Part shown: positions 33,689 through 44,018 of the stretch, piece after piece
Layout of the letters: each line of letters opens with the position of its first letter
How positions within the stretch are numbered: the first letter of the stretch is position 1
Source: an uncultured Actinomycetota bacterium
GTDB lineage: Bacteria; Actinomycetota; Actinomycetes; Mycobacteriales; SCTD01
Assembly (NCBI GenBank): GCA_963806415.1
Contig: CAWDYD010000003.1
Location: forward strand, 3,324-67,323
Direction of reading: 5' to 3'
Length of the DNA stretch: 64,000 nucleotides
The notes under the pieces: generated by a model
Told to the model about the DNA's origin: nothing
Databases searched by the model: none
What the model saw: the letters and a program-made list of their open reading frames with translations, nothing else
Position numbers and translations under genes: made by a program

Positions 33689-34612
33689 ATGACTGCCACC
33701 TCCGGGCCCGCCGCGGCCGGTTTCCGTTCCGGGTTCGCCTGCTTCGTCGGCCGGCCGAACGCGGGCAAGTCCACCCTCACCAACGCCCTGACCGGCGCCA
33801 AGGTGGCGATCACGAGCAGCCGGCCGCAGACCACCCGGCACGCGGTGCGCGGCATCGTGCACCGGCCGGACGCCCAGCTCGTGCTGGTCGACACCCCCGG
33901 TCTGCACAAGCCGCGCACGCTGCTCGGCCAGCGCCTCAACGACCTCGTCCGGGAGACCTACGCCGGCGTCGACCTGATCTGCTTCTGCGTCACCGCTGAC
34001 GACAAGGTCGGTCCGGGGGACCGGTTCATCGCCGCCGAGCTCGCGCAGGTGAGCACCCCCGTGATCGCGGTGCTCACCAAGACCGACGCGGCGAGCAAGC
34101 AGCAGATCGGCGAGCAGCTGCTGGCGCTCGACCGGCTCGGCGACTGGGCGGAGATCGTGCCGGTCAGCGCGGTGGCCGGCACGCAGGTGGAGCTGCTGGC
34201 GGACCTGCTGGTCGCGCGGCTGCCGGAGGGGCCGGCGCTCTACCCCGACGGCGAGCTGACCGACGAGCCGGAGCAGGTGCTGGTCGGCGAGATGATCCGG
34301 GAGGCCGCCCTGGAGGGCGTCCGGGACGAGCTGCCGCACTCGATCGCGGTGACCATCGAGGAGATGCAGCCGCGCGAGGACCGGCCGGCCGACCGACCGC
34401 TGCTGGACGTCTACGCGACCTTGTGGGTCGAGCGGGACAGCCAGAAGGCCATCGTGCTGGGCATCGGTGGCGCCCGGCTGCGCGGGGTGGGCACGCAGGC
34501 GCGTCGGCAGATCGAGACGCTGCTCGGAACCCAGGTGTACCTCGACCTCAGGGTGACGGTCGCGAAGGACTGGCAGCGCGACCCGAAGCAGCTGCGCAAG
34601 CTCGGTTTCTGA
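33689..34612 (+). CDS. era: GTPase Era
   Basis: GRPNAGKS, PQTTR, DTPG, TKTD; KH domain. Confidence 0.97.
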   Translation: MTATSGPAAAGFRSGFACFVGRPNAGKSTLTNALTGAKVAITSSRPQTTRHAVRGIVHRPDAQLVLVDTPGLHKPRTLLGQRLNDLVRETYAGVDLICFCVTADDKVGPGDRFIAAELAQVSTPVIAVLTKTDAASKQQIGEQLLALDRLGDWAEIVPVSAVAGTQVELLADLLVARLPEGPALYPDGELTDEPEQVLVGEMIREAALEGVRDELPHSIAVTIEEMQPREDRPADRPLLDVYATLWVERDSQKAIVLGIGGARLRGVGTQARRQIETLLGTQVYLDLRVTVAKDWQRDPKQLRKLGF

Positions 34613-34661
34613 ACGGCCGGGCGGCACGCGACGCCGACCGGCTGCGGCCTAGGATCGGCGC

Positions 34662-35408
34662 GTGGCGCTCTACCGCGACGAGGGCGTCGTCCTCCGGGTG
34701 CACAAGCTCGGCGAGGCCGATCGGATCATCACCGTGCTCACCCGTACCCACGGCCGGGTGCGGGCCGTCGCCAAGGGCGTCCGGCGGACCCGGTCGCGCT
34801 TCGGTGCCTCCGTCGAGCCGTTCAGCCACGTGGACCTGCAGCTGTGGGAGGGCCGCGGCGGCCTCGACACGGTCACCCAGGCCGACAGCCTCACCGCGTA
34901 CGGCCGGGACATCGTCGCGGACTACGGCCGCTACACCGCCGGCACCGCCGTGCTGGAGACCGCCGAGCGGCTGACCGCCGAGGAGCGTGAGCCGTCGCTG
35001 CGGCTGTTCCTGCTGCTGGTCGGGGCGCTGCGCGCGCTGGTGGGCGGTCCGGAGGTGCCGGCCCGCGACCCGGGCCTGGTGCTGGACGCGTTCCTGCTCC
35101 GGGCGATGACCGTCGGCGGGTACGCCCCGGCGCTGGACGACTGCGCCCGGTGCGGGGCACCCGGGCCGCACCGGGCGTTCTCGGTCCCGGCCGGCGGCAC
35201 GGTCTGCCCGGTCTGCCGTCCGGCCGGGGCGGCCTCGCCGTCGCCGGCCGCGCTGGCGCTGATGACCGACCTGCTGCAGGGCTCCTGGCAGCCCGCCGAG
35301 GCGAGCGAGCCGTACACCCGGCGGGAGGCCAGCGGGCTGGTCGCGGCGCACCTGCAGTGGCACCTGGAGCGCGGGCTGCGCAGCCTGCCGCTGGTGGAGC
35401 GCACGTGA
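34662..35408 (+). CDS. recO: DNA repair protein RecO
   Basis: [14 protein letters not shown]; CxxC...CxxC zinc finger. Confidence 0.95.
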   Translation: MALYRDEGVVLRVHKLGEADRIITVLTRTHGRVRAVAKGVRRTRSRFGASVEPFSHVDLQLWEGRGGLDTVTQADSLTAYGRDIVADYGRYTAGTAVLETAERLTAEEREPSLRLFLLLVGALRALVGGPEVPARDPGLVLDAFLLRAMTVGGYAPALDDCARCGAPGPHRAFSVPAGGTVCPVCRPAGAASPSPAALALMTDLLQGSWQPAEASEPYTRREASGLVAAHLQWHLERGLRSLPLVERT

Positions 35409-35421
35409 GGCCGGCGCGCGG

Positions 35422-36267
35422 ATGAGGCGACGCTCGACCCCCGTCCCGCCGGTCCCCGACCGGCCCGCCGGCGTGCGCCCGCCCAGCCCGCACCCGTCCG
35501 GCGCGGTCCCGCCGCCGATCCCGGCCGACCTCGTCCCCCGGCACGTGGCGGTCGTCATGGACGGCAACGGGCGGTGGGCCCAGGAGCGCGGGCTGCCCCG
35601 CACGGCCGGGCACGAGGCGGGCGAGAGCTCGCTGTTCGACCTGGTCGAGGGGGCCATCGAGCTGGGCGTCGGCTGGGTGTCGGCCTACGCCTTCTCGACC
35701 GAGAACTGGAAGCGCTCGCCCGACGAGGTGCGCTTCCTGATGGGCTTCAACCGCGACGTCATCCGGCGCCGCCGGGACGAGATGCACGCCCTCGGGGTGC
35801 GGGTGCGCTGGGCCGGCCGGCGGCCGCGGCTGTGGCCGTCGGTGGTGCGCGAGCTCGAGGCGGCCGAGGAGCTCACCCGCGGCAACACCGTCTGCACGCT
35901 GACCATGTGCGTGAACTACGGGGGGCGGGCGGAGATCGCCGACGCCGCCCGGCTGCTCGCGCTGGACGTCGCGGCCGGCCGGGTCGACCCCCGCCGCGTC
36001 GACGAGCGGGTACTGGCCCGCTACCTCGACGAGCCCGACATGCCGGACGTCGACCTGTTCCTGCGTACCTCGGGGGAGCAGCGGACCAGCAACTTCCTGC
36101 TCTGGCAGTCGGCCTACGCCGAGCTGGTCTTCCTCGACACGCTCTGGCCCGACGTCGACCGGCGGCACCTGTGGCAGGCCTGCCAGACGTACGCCGCCCG
36201 CGACCGCCGCTACGGCGGCGCGCTGCCCAACCCCGTGCCGGTACCCGCCCTGCAGGAGGAGCCGTGA
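35422..36267 (+). CDS. uppS: Cis-isoprenyl transferase (UppS family)
   Basis: [30 protein letters not shown]. Confidence 0.93.
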   Translation: MRRRSTPVPPVPDRPAGVRPPSPHPSGAVPPPIPADLVPRHVAVVMDGNGRWAQERGLPRTAGHEAGESSLFDLVEGAIELGVGWVSAYAFSTENWKRSPDEVRFLMGFNRDVIRRRRDEMHALGVRVRWAGRRPRLWPSVVRELEAAEELTRGNTVCTLTMCVNYGGRAEIADAARLLALDVAAGRVDPRRVDERVLARYLDEPDMPDVDLFLRTSGEQRTSNFLLWQSAYAELVFLDTLWPDVDRRHLWQACQTYAARDRRYGGALPNPVPVPALQEEP

Positions 36268-36629
36268 GGCTGCACCACGTCCAGGTGGTCGTCGCGCCCG
36301 GCCGTACCGAGGCCGTCGTCGGCTTCTACGAGCTGCTCGGCCTGACCCGGGTCGCCAAGCCGGCCGAGGGGGTCACCGCCAGCGGCGCCTGGTTCGACCT
36401 GCCGGACGGACGCACCCAGCTGCACGTCTCGGAGCGGCACGGCGCCCGGCACCCCGAGCAGCACTTCGCGCTCGCCGTCGACGACCTCGACGCGCTGGTC
36501 GTCGCGCTGACGGCCGCCGGGCACCGGTGGGCGGCTCGGCCGTCGATCGAGGGCGCCCGGCGGGGGATGACCGCCGATCCCGAGGGCAACGCGGTCGAGC
36601 TGGTGGAGGCCGTCGGCCGCTTCCGCTGA
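36264..36629 (+). CDS. VOC/glyoxalase family protein
   Basis: [24 protein letters not shown]. Confidence 0.85.
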   Translation: MRLHHVQVVVAPGRTEAVVGFYELLGLTRVAKPAEGVTASGAWFDLPDGRTQLHVSERHGARHPEQHFALAVDDLDALVVALTAAGHRWAARPSIEGARRGMTADPEGNAVELVEAVGRFR

Positions 36630-36692
36630 GCCGTCCCCGGGTCCGCCTGCCTGGGTTGGCACGCCCGCCCCGCCCCCCGTAGCGTCGGCCCG

Positions 36693-38860
36693 GTGGATCG
36701 ACTCGCCCGCACCGTCCTGCACCACCGCCGGCTGGTCTACGGCATCTGGCTGGTGCTGTTCCTGGCCGGTGCGGCCGCCGCGAGCACCGTCACCAACCGA
36801 CTGACCTTCGACTTCTCGCTGCCCGGCCAGCCCGGGTTCGAGGCCGAGCAGCAGCTGGTCGCCGAGTTCGGGGCGGGCACCTTCGACACGCTCGTGCCGG
36901 TCGTCACGGTGCCGCCGGGCCAGAGCGCGACGGCCCGGGCCGACGACATCCAGGCCGTGTTCGACGCGGTCCGCGTGCAGGTGCCGCAGGCCCGCATCGT
37001 CGGCCCGGCGACCGGCGGGACGGCCGGCGGGCTCGCTCCGGCCTTCCTCACCGACGACGGGCGCAGCGCCTTCGCGCTCGTGCAGGGACCGCAGCCGGCG
37101 GGCTTCGGGCCGGGGATCGAGGCGGTCGTCGGGCCGGCCCTGGAGCAGGCTGCGGCGCAGACCGGCCTGGAGGCCGGCCTCACCTCGTACGGGCTGCTGT
37201 CGGCGGGTGGCGACACCGAGGGCCCGAGCGTGCTCGCCGAGACCCTGCTCGGCGCCACCGGCGCGCTCGCGGTGCTCGCCTTCGTCTTCGCCTCGTTGCT
37301 CGCCCTGGTGCCGCTGCTGATCGCCGCGGTCTCGATCCTGACGACCTTCCTGCTCGTGCTGGGCCTGACCTACGTCACCGACGTCAGCTTCGTCGTGCAG
37401 TTCCTCATCTCGCTGGTCGGTCTCGGCGTCGCGATCGACTACTCGCTGCTGCTGGTGTCCCGCTGGCGGGAGGAGCGCGCGCACGGCCGCCGCCAACGAG
37501 GAGGCGGTGGTCGTGGCGATGCAGACCGCCGGGCACGCCGTGCTGGCCTCCGGGGTGACCGTCGCGATCAGCCTGGTCGCGCTGGTCGTCGTGCCGGTGC
37601 CGTTCCTGCGCAGCATGGGCCTCGGCGGCATGCTCATCCCGCTGGTCAGCGTCGCGGTGGTCCTCACGCTGCTGCCGGCGCTGCTCGCCGGGATCGGCCC
37701 GCGCGTCGACTGGCCGCGGCTGCGCAAGGAGGGCGTCGCCGCGCGTGGGTGGTCGGCCTGGGCCCGCGCCATCGTCGGGCACCGCTGGATCGCCGCCGGC
37801 GTCGCGCTGCTGCTGCTCGGGCTGCTGGTCGCCCCGGTCGCCGGGCTGAAGATCGGGCAGTCCGACACCACGTCGCTGGCCCGCAGCGGACCGCCGTTCG
37901 AGGCGCTGGCGCAGCTGCAGGAGGCGGGGTGTCGGCACCGGCGTGCTCACCCCCATCGAGGTGCTCGTGCCGGCCGGGCAGGCGGCCGCCGCCGCGCAGG
38001 CCGCCGCCGGGGTGGACGGCGTCCGCACCGCGGTCGTCGGGGGCGTGAGCGACAGCGCGGCCGTCATCGACGTCATCCCGCTGCGCCGAGACGGTCGACA
38101 GCGAGAGCAACCGGGTGGTCGAGCAGGTCCGGGCGGCGGTCGAGGGGGCGGTCGAGGGCCCGGTCGGGATCACCGGCGCCGGCGCCGTCGTCGAGGACTA
38201 CTTCGGTGCGGTCTACAGCAACTTCCCGTACGTGCTGGCGCTCATCGCCTGGCATCACGTTCCTGCTGCTCGTGCGGACGTTCCGCTCGCTGCTGCTGCC
38301 GATCAAGGCGGTGCTGCTCAACCTCGTCTCGCTGGCGGCGGTCTTCGGCGCGGTCGTCTTCTTCTGGCAGCAGGGCAACGGCTCGGACGCGGTCTTCGGG
38401 GTCGTCGGCGACCGGCGCCATCACGTTCTGGCTACCGGTGGTGATCTTCGCCTTCCTGTTCGGGCTGTCGATGGACTACGAGGTGTTCATCCTGGCCCGG
38501 ATGCGCGAGGAGTACGACGCGACCGGCTCCACCGCGCAGGCCGTCGTCACCGGGCTCGGCCGCACCGGACGGCTGGTCACCTCCGCCGCGCTCATCCTGT
38601 TCTTCGCGTTCGCGGCGCTGGCCTCCGCGCCGGGCACCGACATCAAGGTGCTCGGCACCGCGCTCGGCGTCGGCATCCTCATCGACGCCACGATCGTGCG
38701 GGCCCTGCTGGTGCCGGCCCTGGTCAGCCTGTTCGGGCGGTGGAACTGGTGGCTGCCGGCCGGGCTGGCCCGGGTGCTGCGGGTGGAGCCCTCACCGGTG
38801 GCGCCGGCCGGCAGCGAGCCGCCGCTGCCGGCCCGGGAACCGGTGGCCGCGGCGCGCTAG
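36693..38860 (+). CDS. MMPL/RND family transporter (several frameshifts)
   Basis: GLGVAIDYSLL..SRWREE, FGLSMDYEVF, TGRLVTSAA, DATIVR spread over consecutive frames. Confidence 0.88.
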
Positions 38861-38869
38861 CCGGCGCCG

Positions 38870-39169
38870 TCAGCCGTTCAGCGACTGCGCGCCCAGCACC
38901 GCCAGCAGGGCCAGGCTCGCCAGCCGGAGCAGCTTGCCGCGGCCGTCGACGACCGGCCACGACAGGTAGGACAGCCAGCCGAGCAGCGCGAGCAGCGCGG
39001 CGAGGCAGCCGGCCGCGACCGGCGCCGGCGCGAAGACCACCGCGGCCAGCAGCAGGGCCGAGACCAGCGGCAGCGTCCAGCGCGGCCGCCGCGACAGCGC
39101 GCGCAGCGCCGGGGCGCTGCGGGTCTCGACGGCCGACCGCAGCGGGCTCGGGGCGGGGCGGGCGCTCAT
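38870..39169 (-). CDS. Small membrane protein (DUF6703-like)
   Basis: 3 TM segments, WLSYLSWP; family name recalled, not searched. Confidence 0.65.
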   Translation of the reverse strand: MSARPAPSPLRSAVETRSAPALRALSRRPRWTLPLVSALLLAAVVFAPAPVAAGCLAALLALLGWLSYLSWPVVDGRGKLLRLASLALLAVLGAQSLNG

Positions 39170-39188
39170 GCGCACTAGCGTGCCAGCC

Positions 39189-39560
39189 ATGCTGGTCGTG
39201 ACGAGGTTCGACGTGCCGGAGAGCGAGTCGGCTGCCTTCCTGCTGCAGGCGCGGGCGGCGCTGGCCGCGTTCGCGGCCCGGCCCGGCTACCTGCGCGGCC
39301 GGGTCGGGCGGGCCGCCGACGACCCGACCGCCTGGGTGCTGACGACCGAGTGGGAGGGCGTGGGCGCCTACCGCCGGTCGCTCGGGGCGTACGAGGTCAA
39401 GGTCGACGCGGCGCCGCTGCTGGCCCGCGGCCGGGACGAGCCGAGCGCGTTCGAGGTGCTGCTGTCCGAGGACGGCACGCTGCCGTCGCGCCGGGCCGCC
39501 GACGCGGCGCGCACCGCCGTCGGCGAGTCCTCCGGGCCCGCGCGCACCGACCTGCCCTGA
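39189..39560 (+). CDS. Antibiotic biosynthesis monooxygenase-like (ABM) protein
   Basis: [23 protein letters not shown]; position upstream of glyQS. Confidence 0.8.
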   Translation: MLVVTRFDVPESESAAFLLQARAALAAFAARPGYLRGRVGRAADDPTAWVLTTEWEGVGAYRRSLGAYEVKVDAAPLLARGRDEPSAFEVLLSEDGTLPSRRAADAARTAVGESSGPARTDLP

Positions 39561-39619
39561 CGGCGGCGGGTAGCGTTCGGGCCTCACCCGACAGCCAGCC
39601 GGACACCAGGAGAGCAGCC

Positions 39620-40984
39620 ATGGCCAGCAAGCCCGACCGCATGGACACCATCGTCAGCCTCGCCAAGCGACGCGGCCTGGTGTTCCCGTCCTCGGAGATC
39701 TACGGCGGTCTGCGGGCGTCCTGGGACTACGGCCCGCTCGGCGTGGAGCTGAAGAACAACGTCAAGCGGCAGTGGTGGCGCTCGATGGTGCAGGAGCGCG
39801 AGGACGTCGTCGGGCTGGACAGCTGCGTCATCCTCGCCCGCGAGGTGTGGGAGACCAGCGGCCACGTCGCCACCTTCGTCGACCCGCTGGTCGAGTGCAC
39901 CTCGTGCCACAAGCGGTTCCGGGCCGACCACCTCGAGGAGGGCGCCGGCAAGCCGCTCGCCGAGCTGGCCTGCCCGAACTGCGGCAACCGCGGCACCTGG
40001 ACCGAGCCCAAGGACTTCAACGGGCTGCTGAAGACCTCGCTGGGCCCGGTCGACGACGGCACCGGGCTGGCGTACCTGCGCCCGGAGACCGCCCAGGGCA
40101 TCTTCATCAACTACCTCAACGTGCAGCAGAGCTCGCGCAAGAAGCCGCCGTTCGGCATCGGCCAGATCGGCAAGAGCTTCCGCAACGAGATCACTCCGGG
40201 CAACTTCATCTTCCGGACCCGCGAGTTCGAGCAGATGGAGATGGAGTTCTTCGTCAAGCCCGGCGAGGACGCCGAGTGGCACTCGTACTGGATCGACGAG
40301 CGGATGCGCTGGTACACCGACCTCGGCATCGCCCCGGACGCGCTGCGGCTGTTCGAGCACCCGAAGGAGAAGCTCAGCCACTACTCGACCCGCACCGTGG
40401 ACATCGAGTACCGGTTCGGCTTCCCGGGCAGCGAGTGGGGCGAGCTCGAGGGCATCGCGAACCGGACCGACTACGACCTCACGGTGCACAGCAAGGCCTC
40501 CGGCACGTCGCTGGACTACTTCGACCAGGAGTCCGGCGAGCGCTGGACGCCGTACGTCATCGAGCCGGCGGCCGGCGTCGACCGGGCCGCCCTGACGTTC
40601 CTGCTCGACGCCTACAGCGAGGACGAGGCCCCGAACGCCAAGGGCGGCGTCGACAAGCGGGTCGTGCTGCGGCTGGACCCGCGGCTGGCGCCGGTCAAGG
40701 CCGCCGTGCTGCCGCTGTCGCGCAACGCCGACCTGTCGCCGGTGGCCCGCTCGCTCGCGGCCGCGCTGCGCAAGCGCTTCCCGACCGACTTCGACGACGC
40801 CGGCGCGATCGGCCGCCGCTACCGCCGGCAGGACGAGGTCGGGACGCCGTTCTGCGTCACGGTCGACTTCGACAGCCTGCAGGACCAGGCCGTCACCGTC
40901 CGCTCGCGCGACGAGATGACCCAGGAGCGGGTCGGGCTCGACGCGGTGGAGCGCTACCTCAGCGACAAGCTCGGCCCGCTGTAG
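39620..40984 (+). CDS. glyQS: Glycine--tRNA ligase (alpha2 type)
   Basis: [34 protein letters not shown]. Confidence 0.97.
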   Translation: MASKPDRMDTIVSLAKRRGLVFPSSEIYGGLRASWDYGPLGVELKNNVKRQWWRSMVQEREDVVGLDSCVILAREVWETSGHVATFVDPLVECTSCHKRFRADHLEEGAGKPLAELACPNCGNRGTWTEPKDFNGLLKTSLGPVDDGTGLAYLRPETAQGIFINYLNVQQSSRKKPPFGIGQIGKSFRNEITPGNFIFRTREFEQMEMEFFVKPGEDAEWHSYWIDERMRWYTDLGIAPDALRLFEHPKEKLSHYSTRTVDIEYRFGFPGSEWGELEGIANRTDYDLTVHSKASGTSLDYFDQESGERWTPYVIEPAAGVDRAALTFLLDAYSEDEAPNAKGGVDKRVVLRLDPRLAPVKAAVLPLSRNADLSPVARSLAAALRKRFPTDFDDAGAIGRRYRRQDEVGTPFCVTVDFDSLQDQAVTVRSRDEMTQERVGLDAVERYLSDKLGPL

Positions 40985-40991
40985 GCGGCGC

Positions 40992-42308
40992 CTACCGCAC
41001 GAAGATGTCGCTGGTCCCGTTCGTGTCGCGAGGCACGAGGTTGCTGGCGTCGGAGTAGAAGCCGACCGCGCCGGTCGTGCTCACCGTGGCGTTCCCGGCG
41101 TCCAGGACGGCCGCGCTCGGCCCGTTGGCCTGCACACCGGCCGGGCCGACGCTGCTGCGCAGCAGCGTGCCGGTCTGCCGGTCGAGCCGGAACACGTCCA
41201 TCACGCCGTTCGTGTCGCCCGCGACCAGGTTCGACGCCGTCGAGGAGTACGCCAGGTAGCGGCCGTCCGCGCTGAACGCCGGCATCAGGCTGCGGCCGTT
41301 CGTCGCACCGCCCGCGGCCGAGCGGCTGACCTGGGTCGTCGTGCCGGTCGTCCGGTCGTGCAGGTAGATGTCGTCGTTGGCCTTGCCGTCGGTGGCCGCG
41401 AGCCTGCCCTTGGAGGAGAACGCCACGAGGCGGCCGTCACCGCTCAGCGTCGGACCGAAGCTGGGGCCGGTGGACTGCGCACCGGTCGAGGACACGCTGA
41501 CCCGCTGCGTGGTCGCGGTGCCGAGGTCGTGCACGAACACGTCGGAGACCCCGTTCGTGTCGCCGTCGACCAGGTCCGGCGCCAGCGAGTAGAAGGTGAC
41601 GACGCGGCCGTCGGCGCTGATCCAGGGGGAGTGGCTGTCGCCCCGGCCCTCCCGGCCCGCGCTGGACACGCTGACCCGCACGGTCGTGCCGGTGAGCGTG
41701 TCGTGCACGAAGGTGTCGGGCTGGCTGTTGCGGTCGTTCGGCACCAGCGTCGTGGCGTGCGAGGAGTAGGCCACGTACCGGCCGTCCGCGCTCAGCGACG
41801 CCTGGCTCGAGTACTTGTCGGTCTCGGCGCCCGTGCTGCTGACGGTGGCCCGGACCGTCGTGCCGGTGCTGCGGTCGTGCACGAAGACGTCCGACTGCCC
41901 GTTGCGGTCGCCCTCGACGAGGTTGGTGGCGTACGAGCTGTAGGCGACGAACCGGCCGTCGGCGCTGAGCGACGGCGAGAAGCTGGCCCGGTCGGCCTGC
42001 CGGCCCTGCGGCCCGACGCTGACCCGTTCCAGGGCGCCGGTCTGCAGGTCGCGCACGAAGATGTCGAACAGGCCGTTGGTGTCGCCCGGGACGAGGGTGC
42101 TCGCCCCGGAGCCGAAGGCGAGGAACCGGCCGTCGGCCGAGATCGCCGGCCGGGTGCTCTTGGCGTTGGCCTGCGCTCCCGCAGCGGACTCGCTGGCCCG
42201 GACGGTCTCCGGCTCGACAGCGCCGGCCGGGGTCGCGCCGAGCAGCAGCCCGACCGTCACGGCCCCGACGCCGTACCGCCGCCACGTACGGGTCTGCTCG
42301 CTGGCCAT
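40992..42308 (-). CDS. Secreted TolB-like beta-propeller repeat protein
   Basis: Signal peptide; seven repeats of about 57 aa, SADGRxVAxxSxAxNLVxGDxNGxxDVFV; GAGAG RBS. Confidence 0.85.
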   Translation of the reverse strand: MASEQTRTWRRYGVGAVTVGLLLGATPAGAVEPETVRASESAAGAQANAKSTRPAISADGRFLAFGSGASTLVPGDTNGLFDIFVRDLQTGALERVSVGPQGRQADRASFSPSLSADGRFVAYSSYATNLVEGDRNGQSDVFVHDRSTGTTVRATVSSTGAETDKYSSQASLSADGRYVAYSSHATTLVPNDRNSQPDTFVHDTLTGTTVRVSVSSAGREGRGDSHSPWISADGRVVTFYSLAPDLVDGDTNGVSDVFVHDLGTATTQRVSVSSTGAQSTGPSFGPTLSGDGRLVAFSSKGRLAATDGKANDDIYLHDRTTGTTTQVSRSAAGGATNGRSLMPAFSADGRYLAYSSTASNLVAGDTNGVMDVFRLDRQTGTLLRSSVGPAGVQANGPSAAVLDAGNATVSTTGAVGFYSDASNLVPRDTNGTSDIFVR

Positions 42309-42518
42309 GGGCTCTCCTCGGGTCGGTGGCGGCGCCGCCGCCGGCCGGGTGCTCGCCCGTGCCGGCGGCAGCATGGCCCGGGGAGGAGGGGTGCGTCCGA
42401 CAATCGGGCGTTCTCGAGTGCGTGCGCCGGGGCGGCGCGGCCGCGCGCGTCGCGCCCGCGGTGCGCGTCGCGCCGCGGTGCGCGTCGCTGTGCGCCGGTC
42501 GCTGTGCGTGCGAGTCCT

Positions 42519-42583
42519 CGCGCTTGTCTGCCCGCACCGTGCCTTCCGGGGCGGATTCGTGACGGTGGAGGCAGACAAGCGCG
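42519..42583. repeat. REP-like palindromic unit 1
   Basis: 14-bp inverted arms CGCGCTTGTCTGCC (42519-42532) / GGCAGACAAGCGCG (42570-42583), 37-nt spacer. Confidence 0.85.
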
Positions 42584-42680
42584 CCCGGGCCAGCGCCGGA
42601 TCCGGGTTGCTGCTGGGGACGGGGCCGCCCTCCTGTGGGCGGTCGGCGCACGTCCTGCCGGCGACGGTCACCCTCGCCCC

Positions 42681-43579
42681 GTGCCCGACGTCGTCTCCCG
42701 CGCCCAGGCCGTCGAGGCCGGGTACGGGCCGCGTGCCATCGACGAGCTGGTCCGGTCCGGCCGGTGGCGTGCGCTCCGGCGCGGCACCTACCTCACCGGT
42801 CCGTCGCTGCCGACGGATGCGGCGGAGCACGAGGCCGTGCGGGTGAGGGCGGCTGTCCTGGCCACCGGGGTGCCCTGCGTGGGCAGCCACGAGTCCGCTG
42901 CCCTCGTCCACCGGCTGCCGCTCGTCGTTCCGTACGCAGGACCGCCGGTCCTCACCAGGATCAGGCACCCGGGCGGGCCGCGGGCCGCGGCCCGGCGGGG
43001 CGCGCCGCTCGTGGCGCAGGTGCCGCCGGAGCACCGGGTGCGGGTTCTCGGGGCCGAGGTCACCGGCCCGGCACGGACGGCGGTGGACCTGGCGCGCGTC
43101 CGGTCCGACCTGGCCGGCGTCGCCGCCCTGGACGCCGTCCTGCGTCGCGGAGTGCGCGCGCACGGAGCTGCTGGCTGTCCTCGACGCGCAGCGCGGGTGG
43201 CCCGGCGTGGCCCGGGCCCGGTCGCGCGTCCGGTTCGCCGACGGTCGCGCCGAGTCGGCCCTCGAGTCCGTCGGCCGGCTGCGCTTCCACCAGCTGGGCC
43301 TGCCGGCGCCGACCCTGCAGGCGGTGCTGGGCGACGCCGGCGGCCCGGTCGGCCGGGTCGACTTCTACTGGCCGGACGTCCGCACGGTCGGCGAGGCCGA
43401 CGGGCGCGGCCAAGTACCTCACCCGGCACGACCTGCTGGCCGAGAAGGACCGGGAGGACCGGCTCCGGGACGCGGGCTTCGAGGTCTTCCGGTTCGGCTG
43501 GCACGAGGCCGTGCACGACCCGGCGGTGCTGGGCGCCCGCGCGCTACGGGCCTTCGCGCGCGGGCGCCGACGCTCGTAG
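42681..43579 (+). CDS. AbiEi-type wHTH / DUF559-like (Vsr-type) nuclease-domain protein (two frameshifts, near 43160 and 43405)
   Basis: VVSRAQA...GRWRALRRGTY, SHESAA, TGPARTAVDLAR, ESALES..R, RVDFYW, GEADG..KY, EKDREDRLR..G.EVFR. Confidence 0.82.
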
Positions 43580-43725
43580 GCCGCGCCGCGGCGGCCGGGC
43601 TCGTCTGCCGCGGCCGCTGCCGCTGCCGCGGCCGGCGCCCGCCCGCTTGTCTGCCGGTGCCGCGCCACGGCGGCAGCTCTGCCGCGGCCCGCTGCCGCGG
43701 CCCGCAGCCCGCGTCCGGCGGCCGC

Positions 43726-43929
43726 GCTTGTCTGCCGGTAACGGGTCGCAGGGGGCCGCGCGGCGTGCGTACGGGCAGACAAGCGCCCGAACTCAGGGGA
43801 GCGCCCGGCGGTCCGCCCCCGCTGCGCTGCGCCTGGCGCGGGCTTGTCTGCCGGTACCGGGTCGCAGAGGGCCGCGCGGCGGGCGTACGGGCAGACATGC
43901 GCCCGAAGCCAGGGGAGCGCCGGCGGTCC
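43726..43929. repeat. Tandem REP-like palindromic units 2 and 3 (116-bp period)
   Basis: GCTTGTCTGCC 43726-43736 / GGCAGACAAGC 43774-43784 and GCTTGTCTGCC 43842-43852 / GGCAGACATGC 43890-43900; both spacers 37 nt; spacers and tails similar between units. Confidence 0.88.
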
Positions 43930-43960
43930 CGCCGCACGAACTAAGGGGAACCGCACGAAC

Positions 43961-44004
43961 AAAGGGGAGGAGGAGGGGAGAGGAGGAGGGGGGAGGAGGA
44001 GGAG
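43961..44004 (+). repeat. Purine-only GGA-rich tract
   Basis: 44 consecutive purines. Confidence 0.85.
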
Positions 44005-44018
44005 CCACCCCCGGACGG

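Noticed and set aside
42681-43579. Complete type IV toxin-antitoxin/Abi system
   Set aside because: No AbiEii-like nucleotidyltransferase nearby; neighbours are a propeller protein and a permease
43599-43929. CRISPR array
   Set aside because: Arms alternate in orientation, the spacers of units 2 and 3 are near-identical, and there are no cas genes
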